From contig OZ244812.1 in assembly GCA_965220205.1 (NCBI GenBank), positions 1,320,261 to 1,384,260 on the forward strand: a DNA stretch of 64,000 nt. The letters are read 5' to 3'. Source of the DNA: Dehalococcoidia bacterium (GTDB lineage Bacteria; Chloroflexota; Dehalococcoidia; Lucifugimonadales; Australimonadaceae). The notes beneath the pieces are model-generated. The model did no database searches. It was given only the letters and a program-made list of their open reading frames with translations, and was not told the origin of the DNA. The position numbers and the translations under genes were made by a program. Below, piece after piece: positions 32,762 to 43,322 of the stretch. Position 1 is the first letter of the stretch. Each line of letters starts with the position of its first letter.

Positions 32762-34066
32762 CTAGTCCTTCTCGATGGTCTCTTTGACGGCGGTCTCTTC
32801 CTTGACCAGTGTTTCCTTGACGTAGACGACGAAGATGAGGGCGGCTAGGAACCCGACGATGCCACGGAAGCCGAACGCGGCGGCGTAGCCGATCTCCGAG
32901 AGGACGGCGAAGCTGAGGGGGCTCGAAGTGGCGCCGGAGTTGGACACGAGACGGTGGGCGCCGAGGAACTTGCCCCTCGCGTGTGGCGGGGCGATGTCGC
33001 TGCCCAGGGTTTGCATCGAGCCTCCCATGATGCTGGTGGAGAGCTGGAGCAGGACGAAGGCGGCGTAGAAGGCGAAGACGTGCAGAGAAGCGAAGGAGGT
33101 GGAGGCAAGGAAGAGGAGGGATGCGCCCATGAGGACGAGGGCGGGGACGATGGTGAACTTGCGGCCGAAGCGGTCCATGACGTAGCCGGCCACGAAGAGA
33201 ATGGGAATGCTGGCGATGGCCATGGCGCTGCTGAGGAAGCCAATGACGCCGGGGCCGATGGCGTAGGCGTAGACGCCGTAGAGGAAGATGGGGCCAGTGC
33301 CTCCGCTTATGGCGTTGCCGCCACGGGTGAGGTTGGCCATGTAGAGGGCCAGGAACACGACGGGGATCGGGTGGGCAAGCAACGCCTTCCACGAGGCGTC
33401 GGGCGCGTCGTCGCTTCCACGGCCTGGGCGGCCGTTGCGCGACGGGCGCTCAGGGGCGGACTCTCGCAGGATGAAGTAGCTAGGGACGACTGCGAGGAGC
33501 ACGACGACGCCCTGTATGAAGAAGGGTATGTCCAAGCCCCAGGCGACGGCGATGACGCCCCCGAGCGCGGGACCGAGCAGGGTGCCAATGCGAGCGACGC
33601 CGTGCATGCTGGTGATCTGCCGCCCGCGCGTGCCCGAGCGTCCCGTGTCGGCGATGATGGTGAGCCGGCTGAGCGCCCACATCTGCGTGCCCCATCCGCC
33701 GATGAACCGGTACACCAACAGCTCGGGGAAGGAGTCGGCAATCGTGACGAGGAAGGCGGCAGCGGCGGCGATGAGGGGTCCGGTCAGGAGCACCTTCCGT
33801 CGCCCGATCTTGTCGATGAGTATCCCGGTCGGAACGGCGCTAAGGGTCGTTCCGGCGGCGTGAACGATGAAGACGAGCGTGGCGATGCTGACGCTAACGT
33901 CGAATGATTTCGCGAGGATGGGCAGCGCCGGCAGAATGATGCCGTTGCCCATGCCGAGGGCGATGGCAGGATAGTGCAGCGTCAGCAGTAGGTAGAGACG
34001 GCTATAGGAGGGGATGTTCCCCTCCGAAGCGTCCGGCCCCTGGGGCTCCGCCGCTGAATCGCGCAT
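32762..34066 (-). CDS. MFS transporter
   Basis: About 12 TMs; motif A GILIDKIGRRK and GYVMDRFGRK. Confidence 0.92.
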   Translation of the reverse strand: MRDSAAEPQGPDASEGNIPSYSRLYLLLTLHYPAIALGMGNGIILPALPILAKSFDVSVSIATLVFIVHAAGTTLSAVPTGILIDKIGRRKVLLTGPLIAAAAAFLVTIADSFPELLVYRFIGGWGTQMWALSRLTIIADTGRSGTRGRQITSMHGVARIGTLLGPALGGVIAVAWGLDIPFFIQGVVVLLAVVPSYFILRESAPERPSRNGRPGRGSDDAPDASWKALLAHPIPVVFLALYMANLTRGGNAISGGTGPIFLYGVYAYAIGPGVIGFLSSAMAIASIPILFVAGYVMDRFGRKFTIVPALVLMGASLLFLASTSFASLHVFAFYAAFVLLQLSTSIMGGSMQTLGSDIAPPHARGKFLGAHRLVSNSGATSSPLSFAVLSEIGYAAAFGFRGIVGFLAALIFVVYVKETLVKEETAVKETIEKD

Positions 34067-34175
34067 AGCTAGGGCATGTCCTGCCGCCCGGATATGCGCT
34101 CGCGTTCATAGGCGAGCGAGCGGGGTCGGCGCGACCCTGACTCTAGCGCCCCTCGGGGGCCGACGGCAACGATGC

Positions 34176-35570
34176 CTATTGCTGAGCGCCCCAGCGACGG
34201 ATAGAGAACCGGGTGTCGAACTCGCGTTCGATCTCGCGCCACTTCTTCTCCTCGTCGGGCGTGACGAAGGTGACGGCCTCGCCGGACTTGCCCATACGGG
34301 CTGTGCGGCCAACGCGGTGCGTAAACAGCAGAGGGGAGTCGGGAAGGTCGTAGTTGATGACCTGAGCGATGCCCTCGACATCGAGGCCGCGGGCCGCGAC
34401 ATTGGTGGCGACGAGCACGGGCGTCAGCCCCGCTCGGAAGTCGGCCATTACACGCTCACGGGCACTCTGGCTGAGGTTGCCTTGGAGCGCGGCCACCGGG
34501 TAGCCGGTCTCGACGAGCTGCTTGGCCAACTTCTTGACCCCGTGCTTGGTCCTGCCGAAGACGATGATCGGAGCGTCGCCTCGCCGGTCTAGCAAGAAGC
34601 GCAGCGCGGCGGGCTTGGCGGCTTTGTCCATCTTGTAGATGAAGTGATCAATCTTGGGGATGTCGGCAGCTTCGGAGACGACGCGGACGGTCCGCGGGTC
34701 TCGCAGGTGCTTCTGGGATGTCCGCGCCACCCAATCGGGCAGCGTCGCCGAGAAGAGAGCAGTCTGCCGTTGAGGCGGCGTCTGGCCGATGATCGCCTCG
34801 ACGTCCTTCGCAAAGCCGCGGTCGAGCATCTCGTCCGCCTCGTCGAGAACGAGCATGCGGACCGAGCCGAGCCGCAGGTTGCCCTGACGCAGGTGGTCCA
34901 GCGTCCTGCCGGGCGTGCCGACGACCACCTGGACGCCGGCTAGGAGCGCGCGTCTCTCGCCTCCAAGCGGCCTGCCGCCGTAGAGGAGTGTGACGGCGTT
35001 CGGGCGGCCGGCCAGCTTCTCGATGACGGAAGCAACTTGGATCGCGAGCTCACGGGTCGGCACGAGCACTAGCCCCAGCACGCCGGGCGCCGAACCCGTG
35101 CAGCTTTCGACCAGCGGGATTCCGAATGCAAGCGTCTTGCCGGAGCCGGTCTGCGCCTGCCCGACGACGTCCCGGCCCTCCCTGAGCAACGGGATGGTCT
35201 GCTCCTGTATGGGCGTAGGGGTTGCAATGCCCATGAGGCGCAACGCAGCCTGCGTGCGAGGCTGCAGGTTGAATCCTGGGAACGCGTCGGGGCTCCCAGT
35301 TACGGCAGGGCGGTCAAGCTGCTCCCCTGCGCGTGCAACGAGGCTGGGGCTGGCGGCGGGCGCCCCGCGCCTGCCTCTGAAGCAGGCTGGGCAGTACCCT
35401 GGGCGCTCGGGCGTGGGCTTGAACGGCAGCGTGGTGGGCGCGCCGCACTTGGCGCAGTCGGCGTCGTGCCGAGCGGCCGGGCGGGGCCGCAGCGCGCGCT
35501 GCGCGTCGCCGAGCGCGCTGCGTTGTGGCGCGCCATGCTGTGGACGGTTGACGATTGTGTCGGACGGCAT
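34176..35570 (-). CDS. DEAD-box RNA helicase with N-terminal CxxC-x17-CxxC zinc ribbon
   Basis: Q motif PTPIQ, AQTGSGKT, PTRELA, TPGR, DEAD, SAT, ARGLD and HRVGRTAR. N-terminal CAKCG..LPFKP...YCPAC. Confidence 0.95.
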   Translation of the reverse strand: MPSDTIVNRPQHGAPQRSALGDAQRALRPRPAARHDADCAKCGAPTTLPFKPTPERPGYCPACFRGRRGAPAASPSLVARAGEQLDRPAVTGSPDAFPGFNLQPRTQAALRLMGIATPTPIQEQTIPLLREGRDVVGQAQTGSGKTLAFGIPLVESCTGSAPGVLGLVLVPTRELAIQVASVIEKLAGRPNAVTLLYGGRPLGGERRALLAGVQVVVGTPGRTLDHLRQGNLRLGSVRMLVLDEADEMLDRGFAKDVEAIIGQTPPQRQTALFSATLPDWVARTSQKHLRDPRTVRVVSEAADIPKIDHFIYKMDKAAKPAALRFLLDRRGDAPIIVFGRTKHGVKKLAKQLVETGYPVAALQGNLSQSARERVMADFRAGLTPVLVATNVAARGLDVEGIAQVINYDLPDSPLLFTHRVGRTARMGKSGEAVTFVTPDEEKKWREIEREFDTRFSIRRWGAQQ

Positions 35571-35806
35571 TATTTGACTGACCTTTCTGGGTCGGTTAGT
35601 GGGCAAGTCAGTCAGTGCTGCGCGAGGGGGAAGCCGGGGAGTGGGAAGGATCCGTTGCCAAGCCTGGCCGAAAGCGGATCACCGAACATGAGTGCCTTGT
35701 ACATTCTAGCATATCAGGCGCCGGGCCGTCGGCGTCCCCTGAGTTGGCGGCGGGAATCCCGCATGTTGGCCCGACATCGGGGCCATACCGCGGAACGACG
35801 GGCGCG

Positions 35807-37237
35807 CTATTCGAGGAAGTCGCGCAGTTTGCGTGACCGGCTGGGGTGGCGCAGCTTGCTGAGCGCCTTCGCTTCGATCTGGCGAATGCGCTCGCGGGTC
35901 ACGCCGAAGTCGCGCCCGACCTCTTCGAGGGTGCGGCTGCGCCCGTCCTCGAGGCCGAAGCGCAATTGAAGCACACGGCGCTCGCGCTCACCGAGGGTCG
36001 AAAGCACACCCTCGACCTGCTCGCGGAGGAGCTGGAAGGTGGCAGCCTCGACAGGCGCCGGCGCGTTCTGGTCCTCGATGAAATCGCCCAGGAGGGCGTC
36101 TCCCTCGTCGCCGAGGGGCGTCTCCAAGGAGACAGGCTCGCGTGTGAGCTTGAGTATCTCCCGGACGCGTTCGGGGGAGATTTCCATGCCGACCGATATC
36201 TCCTCGACGGTGGGCTCGCGCCCATACTCCTGAACAAGCCTTCGGGTGACGCGCATGAGCTTGTTTCTGACCTCGACCATGTGGACGGGGATGCGGATGG
36301 TGCGCGCTTGGTCGGCGATGGCGCGGGTGATGGCTTGGCGGATCCACCAGGTGGCGTAGGTAGAGAACTTGAAGCCTCTGCGGTAGTCGAACTTCTCGAC
36401 GGCCCGGATGAGGCCGGTGTTGCCCTCCTGGATGAGGTCGAGCAGCGACATGCCGCGGAAGATGTACTTCTTGGCGACGCTAACGACGAGGCGCAAGTTG
36501 GCCTCGGTCAGGCGTTGTTGAGCCCGGGCGCCCTCGCGTTTCACTTCAGCCGTGTGCGCGCGGAACGCGAGCTCGTGGGACCTGAGGTGCTGTCGGGTGT
36601 CGGCGTCGTCGAGCACTTCGGCAAGCGCTGTAACGCTCACGTCGGCGCCGACTATGCCAAGCGCTTCCTCAGGCAGGACGTGACTGTTGAGAGCGAGTTG
36701 CGCTACCTCGCGGCTGACGTCGCGCACCTCCATCGACCAGCGCTCGGCGAAGGTCTCAAGCATCTCGATGTCGGTGGCGCCGTCGATAGCCGCGCGGAGG
36801 TGCTCATTGGTGAGCAACACGCCGAAGGTGAGCGGCTCGTTGATGGCGCGGTACTCGCTGATAGCTTCGAGTAGCCATGCGCTGCTTTGGAGCCGCCTCA
36901 GGAGCAGATCGACTACATCGGCGGCGGACGCCGGGCGCTCGGTCTTGGCAGCGATTTCTTTCTCCGCGCTCTCGATGTGCTTGCCGGAGGCGAACTGGAG
37001 GGCGAGGCGCCGCTCGTCGGCGGCCGTGAGCAGCGTAACGCGTCCGATGTCGCGCAGGTACATGCGGACCGGATCATCGATGAGCTCAGAGCCCTCGGCG
37101 TCTTCGCGGAGCTCCTCCGGATCAGTTTCGACCCGAGAAGGGCGGCCGCCGCGCTTGTTGACGGCGGTGGCAACGGCAGCTGCCGGGGCCTCTGCGGCCT
37201 GGTCGTCCGTTCCGTCGGGAGCGGGCGATACGACCAC
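35807..37237 (-). CDS. RpoD-family (group 1/2) sigma-70 factor
   Basis: [43 protein letters not shown] and TRERIRQIE. No region 1.1; start uncertain. Confidence 0.93.
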   Translation of the reverse strand: MVVSPAPDGTDDQAAEAPAAAVATAVNKRGGRPSRVETDPEELREDAEGSELIDDPVRMYLRDIGRVTLLTAADERRLALQFASGKHIESAEKEIAAKTERPASAADVVDLLLRRLQSSAWLLEAISEYRAINEPLTFGVLLTNEHLRAAIDGATDIEMLETFAERWSMEVRDVSREVAQLALNSHVLPEEALGIVGADVSVTALAEVLDDADTRQHLRSHELAFRAHTAEVKREGARAQQRLTEANLRLVVSVAKKYIFRGMSLLDLIQEGNTGLIRAVEKFDYRRGFKFSTYATWWIRQAITRAIADQARTIRIPVHMVEVRNKLMRVTRRLVQEYGREPTVEEISVGMEISPERVREILKLTREPVSLETPLGDEGDALLGDFIEDQNAPAPVEAATFQLLREQVEGVLSTLGERERRVLQLRFGLEDGRSRTLEEVGRDFGVTRERIRQIEAKALSKLRHPSRSRKLRDFLE

Positions 37238-37300
37238 TGAGGGTTCGGTGTTGGCGAGTTTCGAGTTCGTGAAGAGCTCCTTCTGTGCAACAAGCCTCGG

Positions 37301-38401
37301 CTACTGTGCTGGCGAGGTCTCTCCAGTGACGGCGCGCAGGTCGATCCGCTGGGCAACGGACGATCTCACGGCGCCCCTCATGCCTTTGAGTGCGCGCCGG
37401 AGGACGAAGGGGCGGGCGCGGCCTGGGTTGCGTACGGGGCTCTCGAAGGGGAGTCCGACGCGTTCGCGGATGGCCTCGCCGAGTATCTCGTAGCCGAGTC
37501 CTCCGAACCGACCGAGGATGGCTCGGACCATGCGCAATGGGAGTGGGCCGACGGAGTAGCCGCGGCGCGCGGCGACGTTGGCGAGCAGTTCGCCGGCCCC
37601 GCGTGTGCTGCCGGCGACTTCGGAGAAGTTTCGGACGAGGTCGCGGGCGACTTTCGTGAAGTCGACGCCGAGGTGCGGCATCCAGCGGAGGGCTTTGGCC
37701 TGAATCTCTGGCGCGACCTGGGCTCCTGGCATCTCAAATCCCATGATGACGTCGGATACGGGGCCGAGCAGGTCGTGGTCGGCCGCCACCTGTATGGCGG
37801 TCATCTCCCGGTACCAGATGGTGTGGAGCGTTTCGCGCGTCTTGACCCGGGTCGCCATGAGGGCGGCCGCTGGGGAGGCGGGCCTAACGAGGGCGGCGAT
37901 GAGTCCATGCCACTGGTCGGTGAGCTGCTCCTGGACCATGCCGTAGGTGGTGAGCTCGACGGGGGTCAGACCGCAACAGTGGTCGTAGTGGGTCTCCTGA
38001 GTGGCCTTCATGTCTCGTTCCAGCTCGTCCTCGGAGAAGCCGAGCGAGCGCAACATCGCGGTGTAGGGCGCGGCGTGAGTCAGTTCGTCGGGGACCCACG
38101 TACGGTCGGTGAAACGGGCGAGCCACGGCGCGTCGTGTCGCCTGGCGCCCTCGCGGAAGACATCGGCGTAGGTCTCGGTCGCGCACTCGGTGAGCATGGC
38201 GAGTCTGAGGATGTCGACGAAGTCTTCACGGGAGAGGCCGTCGGGTAGGACGGCGACGACGGATGCAACGTCGATGGCCTCGCTGGCCTCGGTCATTTCG
38301 CCGGGGTCGATGAGACGACCGGGGTTGGCCTCGATGCGTTCGACGAGGTGTTCCAGAGTCTTGACAGTCCCGGCGGACAGCGGCGTCGGTGACCTGTTCA
38401 T
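37301..38401 (-). CDS. Ferritin-like di-iron protein (acyl-ACP desaturase-like)
   Basis: LTE...Y, WVPDELTH, YGMVQEQLT and RETLH match the paired ExxH di-iron motifs. Confidence 0.75.
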   Translation of the reverse strand: MNRSPTPLSAGTVKTLEHLVERIEANPGRLIDPGEMTEASEAIDVASVVAVLPDGLSREDFVDILRLAMLTECATETYADVFREGARRHDAPWLARFTDRTWVPDELTHAAPYTAMLRSLGFSEDELERDMKATQETHYDHCCGLTPVELTTYGMVQEQLTDQWHGLIAALVRPASPAAALMATRVKTRETLHTIWYREMTAIQVAADHDLLGPVSDVIMGFEMPGAQVAPEIQAKALRWMPHLGVDFTKVARDLVRNFSEVAGSTRGAGELLANVAARRGYSVGPLPLRMVRAILGRFGGLGYEILGEAIRERVGLPFESPVRNPGRARPFVLRRALKGMRGAVRSSVAQRIDLRAVTGETSPAQ

Positions 38402-38656
38402 AAGAGTCGGGCTCCTTCTACCCGTCGCCCCCAAGATGGCCGGTTGGGCGACCCTTCACCCTCGGCCGGAGCACGCCAACGCTCGGCGTGCTTGCCTGAC
38501 ACGGCTAAGCGTCCCGGAGGGGCGCTCAGCTGATGGTTGTGGGCCGGGATGGGCAGAGGATCTGCCGCAGTCCCGACCCTGCGATACCAGCGCAGGCGCT
38601 GACGACCGTGTCCCCGCCGACACCGGGGGACGCGGTCGCAGGCCTGCGAGTCCTGC

Positions 38657-38929
38657 CTACCTCCGCCAGGAACCGCCGCCGCGGTCCTCGCGAGGCCTGG
38701 CCTCGTTGACGTTGAGCGTGCGGCCTTGGAGGTCGGAGCCGCTCAAGCTGCGTATGGCCTGCTGGGCGGCGTCGTTGTCGGGCATCTCGACGAAGCCGAA
38801 TCCTCGCGAGCGCATCGTCTCGCGGTCTGCGACGACTTGCGCGCTCTCGACTTCGCCGTAGGGGGCGAAGGCGTCGCGGAGGTCGTTGTCACTGGTGTTG
38901 AAGCTGAGGTTGCCGACGTAGATTCTCAT
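38657..38929 (-). CDS. RRM RNA-binding protein
   Basis: IYVGNL, RGFGFVEM and VNEARPREDRGGG; RBS AAGGAG. Confidence 0.96.
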   Translation of the reverse strand: MRIYVGNLSFNTSDNDLRDAFAPYGEVESAQVVADRETMRSRGFGFVEMPDNDAAQQAIRSLSGSDLQGRTLNVNEARPREDRGGGSWRR

Positions 38930-39180
38930 CTGGTGCTCCTTAGGAGTTGGTTCACCCATTGGCTCGGAGGCACCAGCAGAGGCCTGGCGTGTCGGACCGG
39001 GAAGCAGAGAGGTAACTCACAAGATCCTTGGGGAAATACATGTTATCACGTTCGGACGCGGTGTGGGCGGGGGGATGCTTGGCGTTTTGCCTCGATTCGC
39101 TGTGGTCTCCCCTCGACGAACCGCTCTTGAAGGGAATCCGAGGGCTCCCTACCCGACCGAGGGGCCGCGCCGGGCGCTGT

Positions 39181-39255
39181 TGGCTCCCGCGGTAGGACTC
39201 GAACCTACGGCCAGTCGGTTAACAGCCGACCGCTCTACCACTGAGCTACGCGGGA
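39181..39255 (-). tRNA. tRNA-Asn(GTT)
   Basis: TCCCGCGTAGCTCAGTGGTAGAGC-GTCGG-CTGTTAA-CCGAC...GGTTCGAGTCC...GCCA cloverleaf with encoded CCA. Confidence 0.97.
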
Positions 39256-39443
39256 GCGTGAGACGCGGGCCAGACGCCGCTGCCCATGCTGCGAGTCTAC
39301 CATAGGCGCGTGGATGTGGACGTGGTTTGCGAGCGGCTGATGGCGTGACGGCCAGCCGCTGCGGTCGCGCGGCAGGGGCGGTTTCGCGGCGGGTCGGCGG
39401 GTCTGCGCTAGGCCAGGGCCAGAGCGGCGACGGGCATGACGCC

Positions 39444-39473
39444 TTGACCATGCCTTCGGCCGGGCCCTATAGT
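39444..39473 (+). promoter_or_regulatory. Sigma70-type promoter for tRNA-Ala
   Basis: TTGACC-18 bp-TATAGT, ~37 bp upstream of the tRNA. Confidence 0.6.
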
Positions 39474-39509
39474 GAACCTGCCGCCACTTCCCCCGGTGAC
39501 GCGCGCTGC

Positions 39510-39585
39510 GGGGATATAGCTCAACTGGGAGAGCGCCGCGTTCGCATCGCGGAGGTTGGGGGTTCGAGTCCCCCTATCTCCACCA
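39510..39585 (+). tRNA. tRNA-Ala(CGC)
   Basis: GGGGATATAGCTCAACTGGGAGAGC-CCGCG-TTCGCAT-CGCGG...GGTTCGAGTCC...TCTCCACCA. Confidence 0.97.
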
Positions 39586-39731
39586 CTAGCCCTTCCAGAC
39601 CTGCCCTCTTGTGTCCCAGGAATCCCCCGTTTCATAGCTGGGGAGCCGTTGGCCGGCGCCCAGTTGTGCTCTATGCATCCCTCAGTGTCCCGCCTCACGT
39701 ATGGCAATAAGTTTGCCATGGTGGGAGACGC

Positions 39732-40934
39732 ATGGCGCTATCGGCGACGCGGGTCAAGGCCCTCAAGGAACCGGGGCGATACTCTGACGGCGGGGGCCTG
39801 CACCTCTACGTCAACCCGTCGGGACGCAAGTCGTGGGTGCTGCGCATCACCGTCGACGGACGCCGGCGCGATATCGGACTGGGAGGGTTCCCGTCCGTCA
39901 GCCTGGCCCGCGCCCGCGAGAAGGCGACGGACAACCGGACCGCCGTTGCGGCGGGCCACGATCCCCTGACCGCGAAGCGCGCGCCTGCGACGCCGACCTT
40001 CCGGGAGGCCGCACGGGCCGTCCACGAGGTGAACACGCCCCGTTGGCGCAACGTCCGGCACGTCGCCAGCTGGATGCAGACGTTGGAGCGTCGCGCCATG
40101 CCGGCGCTGGGCAACACGCCGCTCGACCGTCTCGAACGCGGCGACGTGCTGCGCGTCCTCAACCCGATATGGACGACCCGGCCGGAGACAGCCCGGCGGG
40201 TGCGTCAGCGGATGAGGACCGTCTTCCGCTGGGCGATAGCGCACGGCTTCATTGAAGCGAACCTGGCGGGCGAGGCCATCGACGGCGCGTTGCCCCCCAT
40301 GCCCAAGGTGAAGGCGCACCTGAGAGCGCTGCCCTACCAGGAGGTCGGGGCGGCGCTCGACACCGTTGAAGCGTCCTACGCCTCGATGGTGGCCAAGTTG
40401 TGCTTCCGGTTCCTGGCGCTCACAGCGGCGCGCTCCGGCGAGGCGAGGGGCGCCGTCTGGGACGAGATCGACCTCCGGGGCCACGTATGGCGCGTGCCGT
40501 CCGAGCGGACGAAGGCAGGCGTGGAGCACCGGGTCCCCCTGAGCAGCCAGGCGCTCGAGCTCCTGGGCAAGGCATCGGCCTTGGGCGATGGGACCGGCTT
40601 GGTGTTCCCGTCGGTGCTGAAGCCGGGGTCGCCGATGTCCGACATGACGCTGACGAAGGTGCTCCGTTCAACGGGGCTGGCGGAACAGGCGACCGTGCAC
40701 GGGTTCCGCAGCAGCTTCAAGAACTGGACGCTGGAGCAGACGGACACGCCCTGGGCTGTCTCGGAGGCGGCGCTTGCCCATATGCTGGGCAACTCGACCG
40801 AACAGGCCTACGCCCGGTCCGATCTCTTCGAGCGGCGCCGCGCGCTGATGCAGCGGTGGGCGGACCCGCCTCTCCGGCGCGCGAAGCCAAGCGTCAATGT
40901 CCGACAGCCGCCAGCCTACAGAGCGGTCGCCTAG
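39732..40934 (+). CDS. P4-like tyrosine integrase (Arm DNA-binding + catalytic domain) at tRNA-Ala
   Basis: DGGGLHL arm domain; catalytic ARSGE, HGFR, LAH and QAY. The extreme C-terminus looks scrambled and the stop lies in the IS target CTAG. Confidence 0.93.
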   Translation: MALSATRVKALKEPGRYSDGGGLHLYVNPSGRKSWVLRITVDGRRRDIGLGGFPSVSLARAREKATDNRTAVAAGHDPLTAKRAPATPTFREAARAVHEVNTPRWRNVRHVASWMQTLERRAMPALGNTPLDRLERGDVLRVLNPIWTTRPETARRVRQRMRTVFRWAIAHGFIEANLAGEAIDGALPPMPKVKAHLRALPYQEVGAALDTVEASYASMVAKLCFRFLALTAARSGEARGAVWDEIDLRGHVWRVPSERTKAGVEHRVPLSSQALELLGKASALGDGTGLVFPSVLKPGSPMSDMTLTKVLRSTGLAEQATVHGFRSSFKNWTLEQTDTPWAVSEAALAHMLGNSTEQAYARSDLFERRRALMQRWADPPLRRAKPSVNVRQPPAYRAVA

Positions 40935-41746
40935 GGCGTGTTCACACTAACGGGTCTATTCTGGTATGCTGGGGGCATGGAACTCACCGAAGCGCAGTAC
41001 CAACGCATTGCCCCCTTCCTGCCCGTCCAGCGCGGCAACGTGCGCATCTCCAACCGGCAAGTCCTCAACGCCATCTTGTACGTGACCGAGAACGGCTGCA
41101 AGTGGCGGGGGCTCCCCGAACGGTTCGGACGGTGGCACACGATCTACACCCGCATGAACCGCTGGGCCACGAGCGGGGTGCTGGACCGGGTGTTCGAGCA
41201 CCTGCAGCGCGAGCAGATCGTGCGCATCAAGCTGGAAGCCGTCTCCCTAGACAGCACCATCGTCAAGGTGCACCCTGACGGCACGGGCGCACGAAAAAAA
41301 GTGGCCCCCAGTCCATCGGGAAGTCCCGCGGCGGATGGACCACCAAGATTCATCTGGTTGCCGCGGATGCTCGAACGGCCGTGACCCTCGCGCTCTCCCC
41401 CGGGCAGGCTGGCGACGCGCCGGAAGGGCGCAAGCTGCTCCGCCGCTTGGGGCGCCAGCGCGAGCAGTTGCCGCTCCTGATGGACCGGGCGTACGAAGGG
41501 AACGAGACGCGCCAACTGGCGATGGACCTGGGATACACGCCCGTTGTGCCGCCGCTCAAGCTCCGGGTCGCCCCGTGGCAGTACGACCGGGAGTTGTACA
41601 AGAGGCGCAACGAGGTGGAGCGGCTGTTCCGGCGGCTGAAGGGGTTCCGCCGTGTCTTCTCCCGCTTCGATAAGCTGGACGCCCTCTACATGGGCTTCAT
41701 CCTATCGGCGCTTATCTACGATGCCCTACGTTAGTGTGAACACGCC
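40935..41746 (+). mobile_element. IS5-family (IS427-type) element with a two-ORF transposase (40977-41384; 41381-41734) joined by a probable -1 frameshift
   Basis: Perfect IRs GGCGTGTTCACACTAA / TTAGTGTGAACACGCC, flanked by CTAG. A7G slippery site at ~41294. Motifs GCKWRGLP, DSTIV, DRAY and YKRRNEVERLF. Confidence 0.95.
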
Positions 41747-41750
41747 CTAG

Positions 41751-42943
41751 GGAACCTCTGAACAACTCACAGTCGGCCGAGTGGTGTTGGTGGGGGGCTC
41801 TTCAGCGATTCGCAGCCCTCTGCTGGTGCCGTGAACGGGGCTGTTGGGGGTCTTCTACCGACCCTGCTGGGGCGGATTCCCTGCTCCCAACCCCGATCTG
41901 AACCCACTGCGCCTCCGTCATGCCGCCAAGCACCGCTGGGCTCTCATCAGGTTCGCCAGCCCCAGCAGCACCATCAGCCGTTGCGTGTTCTTGGCCAGCC
42001 CCCGGTAGCGGACCTTGGCGTAGCCAAAGTGCCGTTTGACGTACAGGAACGGATGCTCCACCTTCGCCCGGACCGACGCCTTGCCCTTCTCCGCCAACGC
42101 CTCAGGGCTTCCCGGCTCCAACTGCCGACGTTGGCCCGGCCGCATCGCCACCTGCCACTCCACCTCCAGCCCCCGATGCTCCGCCCGCTTCTGGACTCCC
42201 TGATACCCGGCATCGCCCCACACCTGCGACTCGCCGCCGTGCAGCAACCGGTGCGCTTCCGTCACGTCGTTCACATTGGCCGGCGTCGTCGCGACGCTGT
42301 GCACCACCCCCGTCTCCGCGTCCACCCCGATGTGCACCTTCATCCCGAAATGCCACCTGTTCCCCTTCTTCACTTGGTGCATCTCCGGGTCTCGCGCACC
42401 CGCTCGATTCTTCGTCGACGACGGCGCCTCGATGATGCTCGCGTCCATGATCGTCCCTTCCTGGAGCAGGAGTCCCTGGGACGCCAGATGCCCTTTGATC
42501 TCCGCGAACAGTCCCTCCCCCAGTTCGTGCTCCTCCAACAGATGACGGAAGTTCAGGATGGTGGTCTCGTCCGGCAGCGGCTCCGACAGCTTCAAGCCCA
42601 CGAACCGCCGCACCGACTCCACGTCGTACAGCAGGTCCTCCATGCCGGGGTCGCTGAGGTTGTAGAACAGCTGCACGCAGTGAATCCGCAGCATCGCCGA
42701 CAGGGCATACGGATGGCGTCCCCGGCCCGCCGTGGGGTAGAAGGGACGGATGCGCCCTTCCAGCCGTTCCCAGGGGATCAGCCCGCCCATGCGTTCGAGA
42801 AATCGCTCCCTGCGGGTCTTGCGCTTCTTGCTCTCGTAGTCCACGTCTGCAAAGGTCGGTTGGTCCATCATCGCTTCACTCCCTGGCGCTACTGGGTGAC
42901 TGCCAGGATACTGCCTCAACCTATAGACTTGTTCAGAGATTCC
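41751..42943 (-). mobile_element. IS5-family element, copy 2 (full length, 1193 bp; transposase 41918-~42871)
   Basis: Near-identical to 17285-18444; IRs and CTAG flanks at 41747-50 and 42944-47. Confidence 0.96.
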
Positions 42944-43322
42944 CTAGGCGGATCGGCTGCGGGAAACTGCCATCGGTTACCTTCTTGTAGATCGTTGCCC
43001 TCGCCAGGCCGGTCAGCTGGGAGACCTCTCCTCTGCGGACTACGCGACGTTCCTCGAGTTGCGGGTCCATGAAATCCTCCGTTCAATAGGTTGAATTGAG
43101 TCTAGATGGGGGGTCTTCATGCTGTCGGCATATTAAGTACGCCCGTCTTAGGGGACTAAACTGTCGACGTGTCGCAATGGGCCTGCCTCCACCCGTGCTC
43201 CACGGATCCCGTGGGCGTCGCCGACGGAACCGGCCTCCGCCGCGGCCAGTGGTGGGCAAGAGTCCCAGCGCCTGCCTCATATGTGGTGAACGAGTACACT
43301 TCGGAGCAATCGGAGCGATGAC

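Noticed and set aside
37238-37303. Desaturase-like gene and sigma factor are in the same frame, separated by one TAG (possible readthrough fusion)
   Set aside because: One-in-three chance in high-GC DNA. No recoding signal or Pyl machinery is seen, and both proteins look complete.
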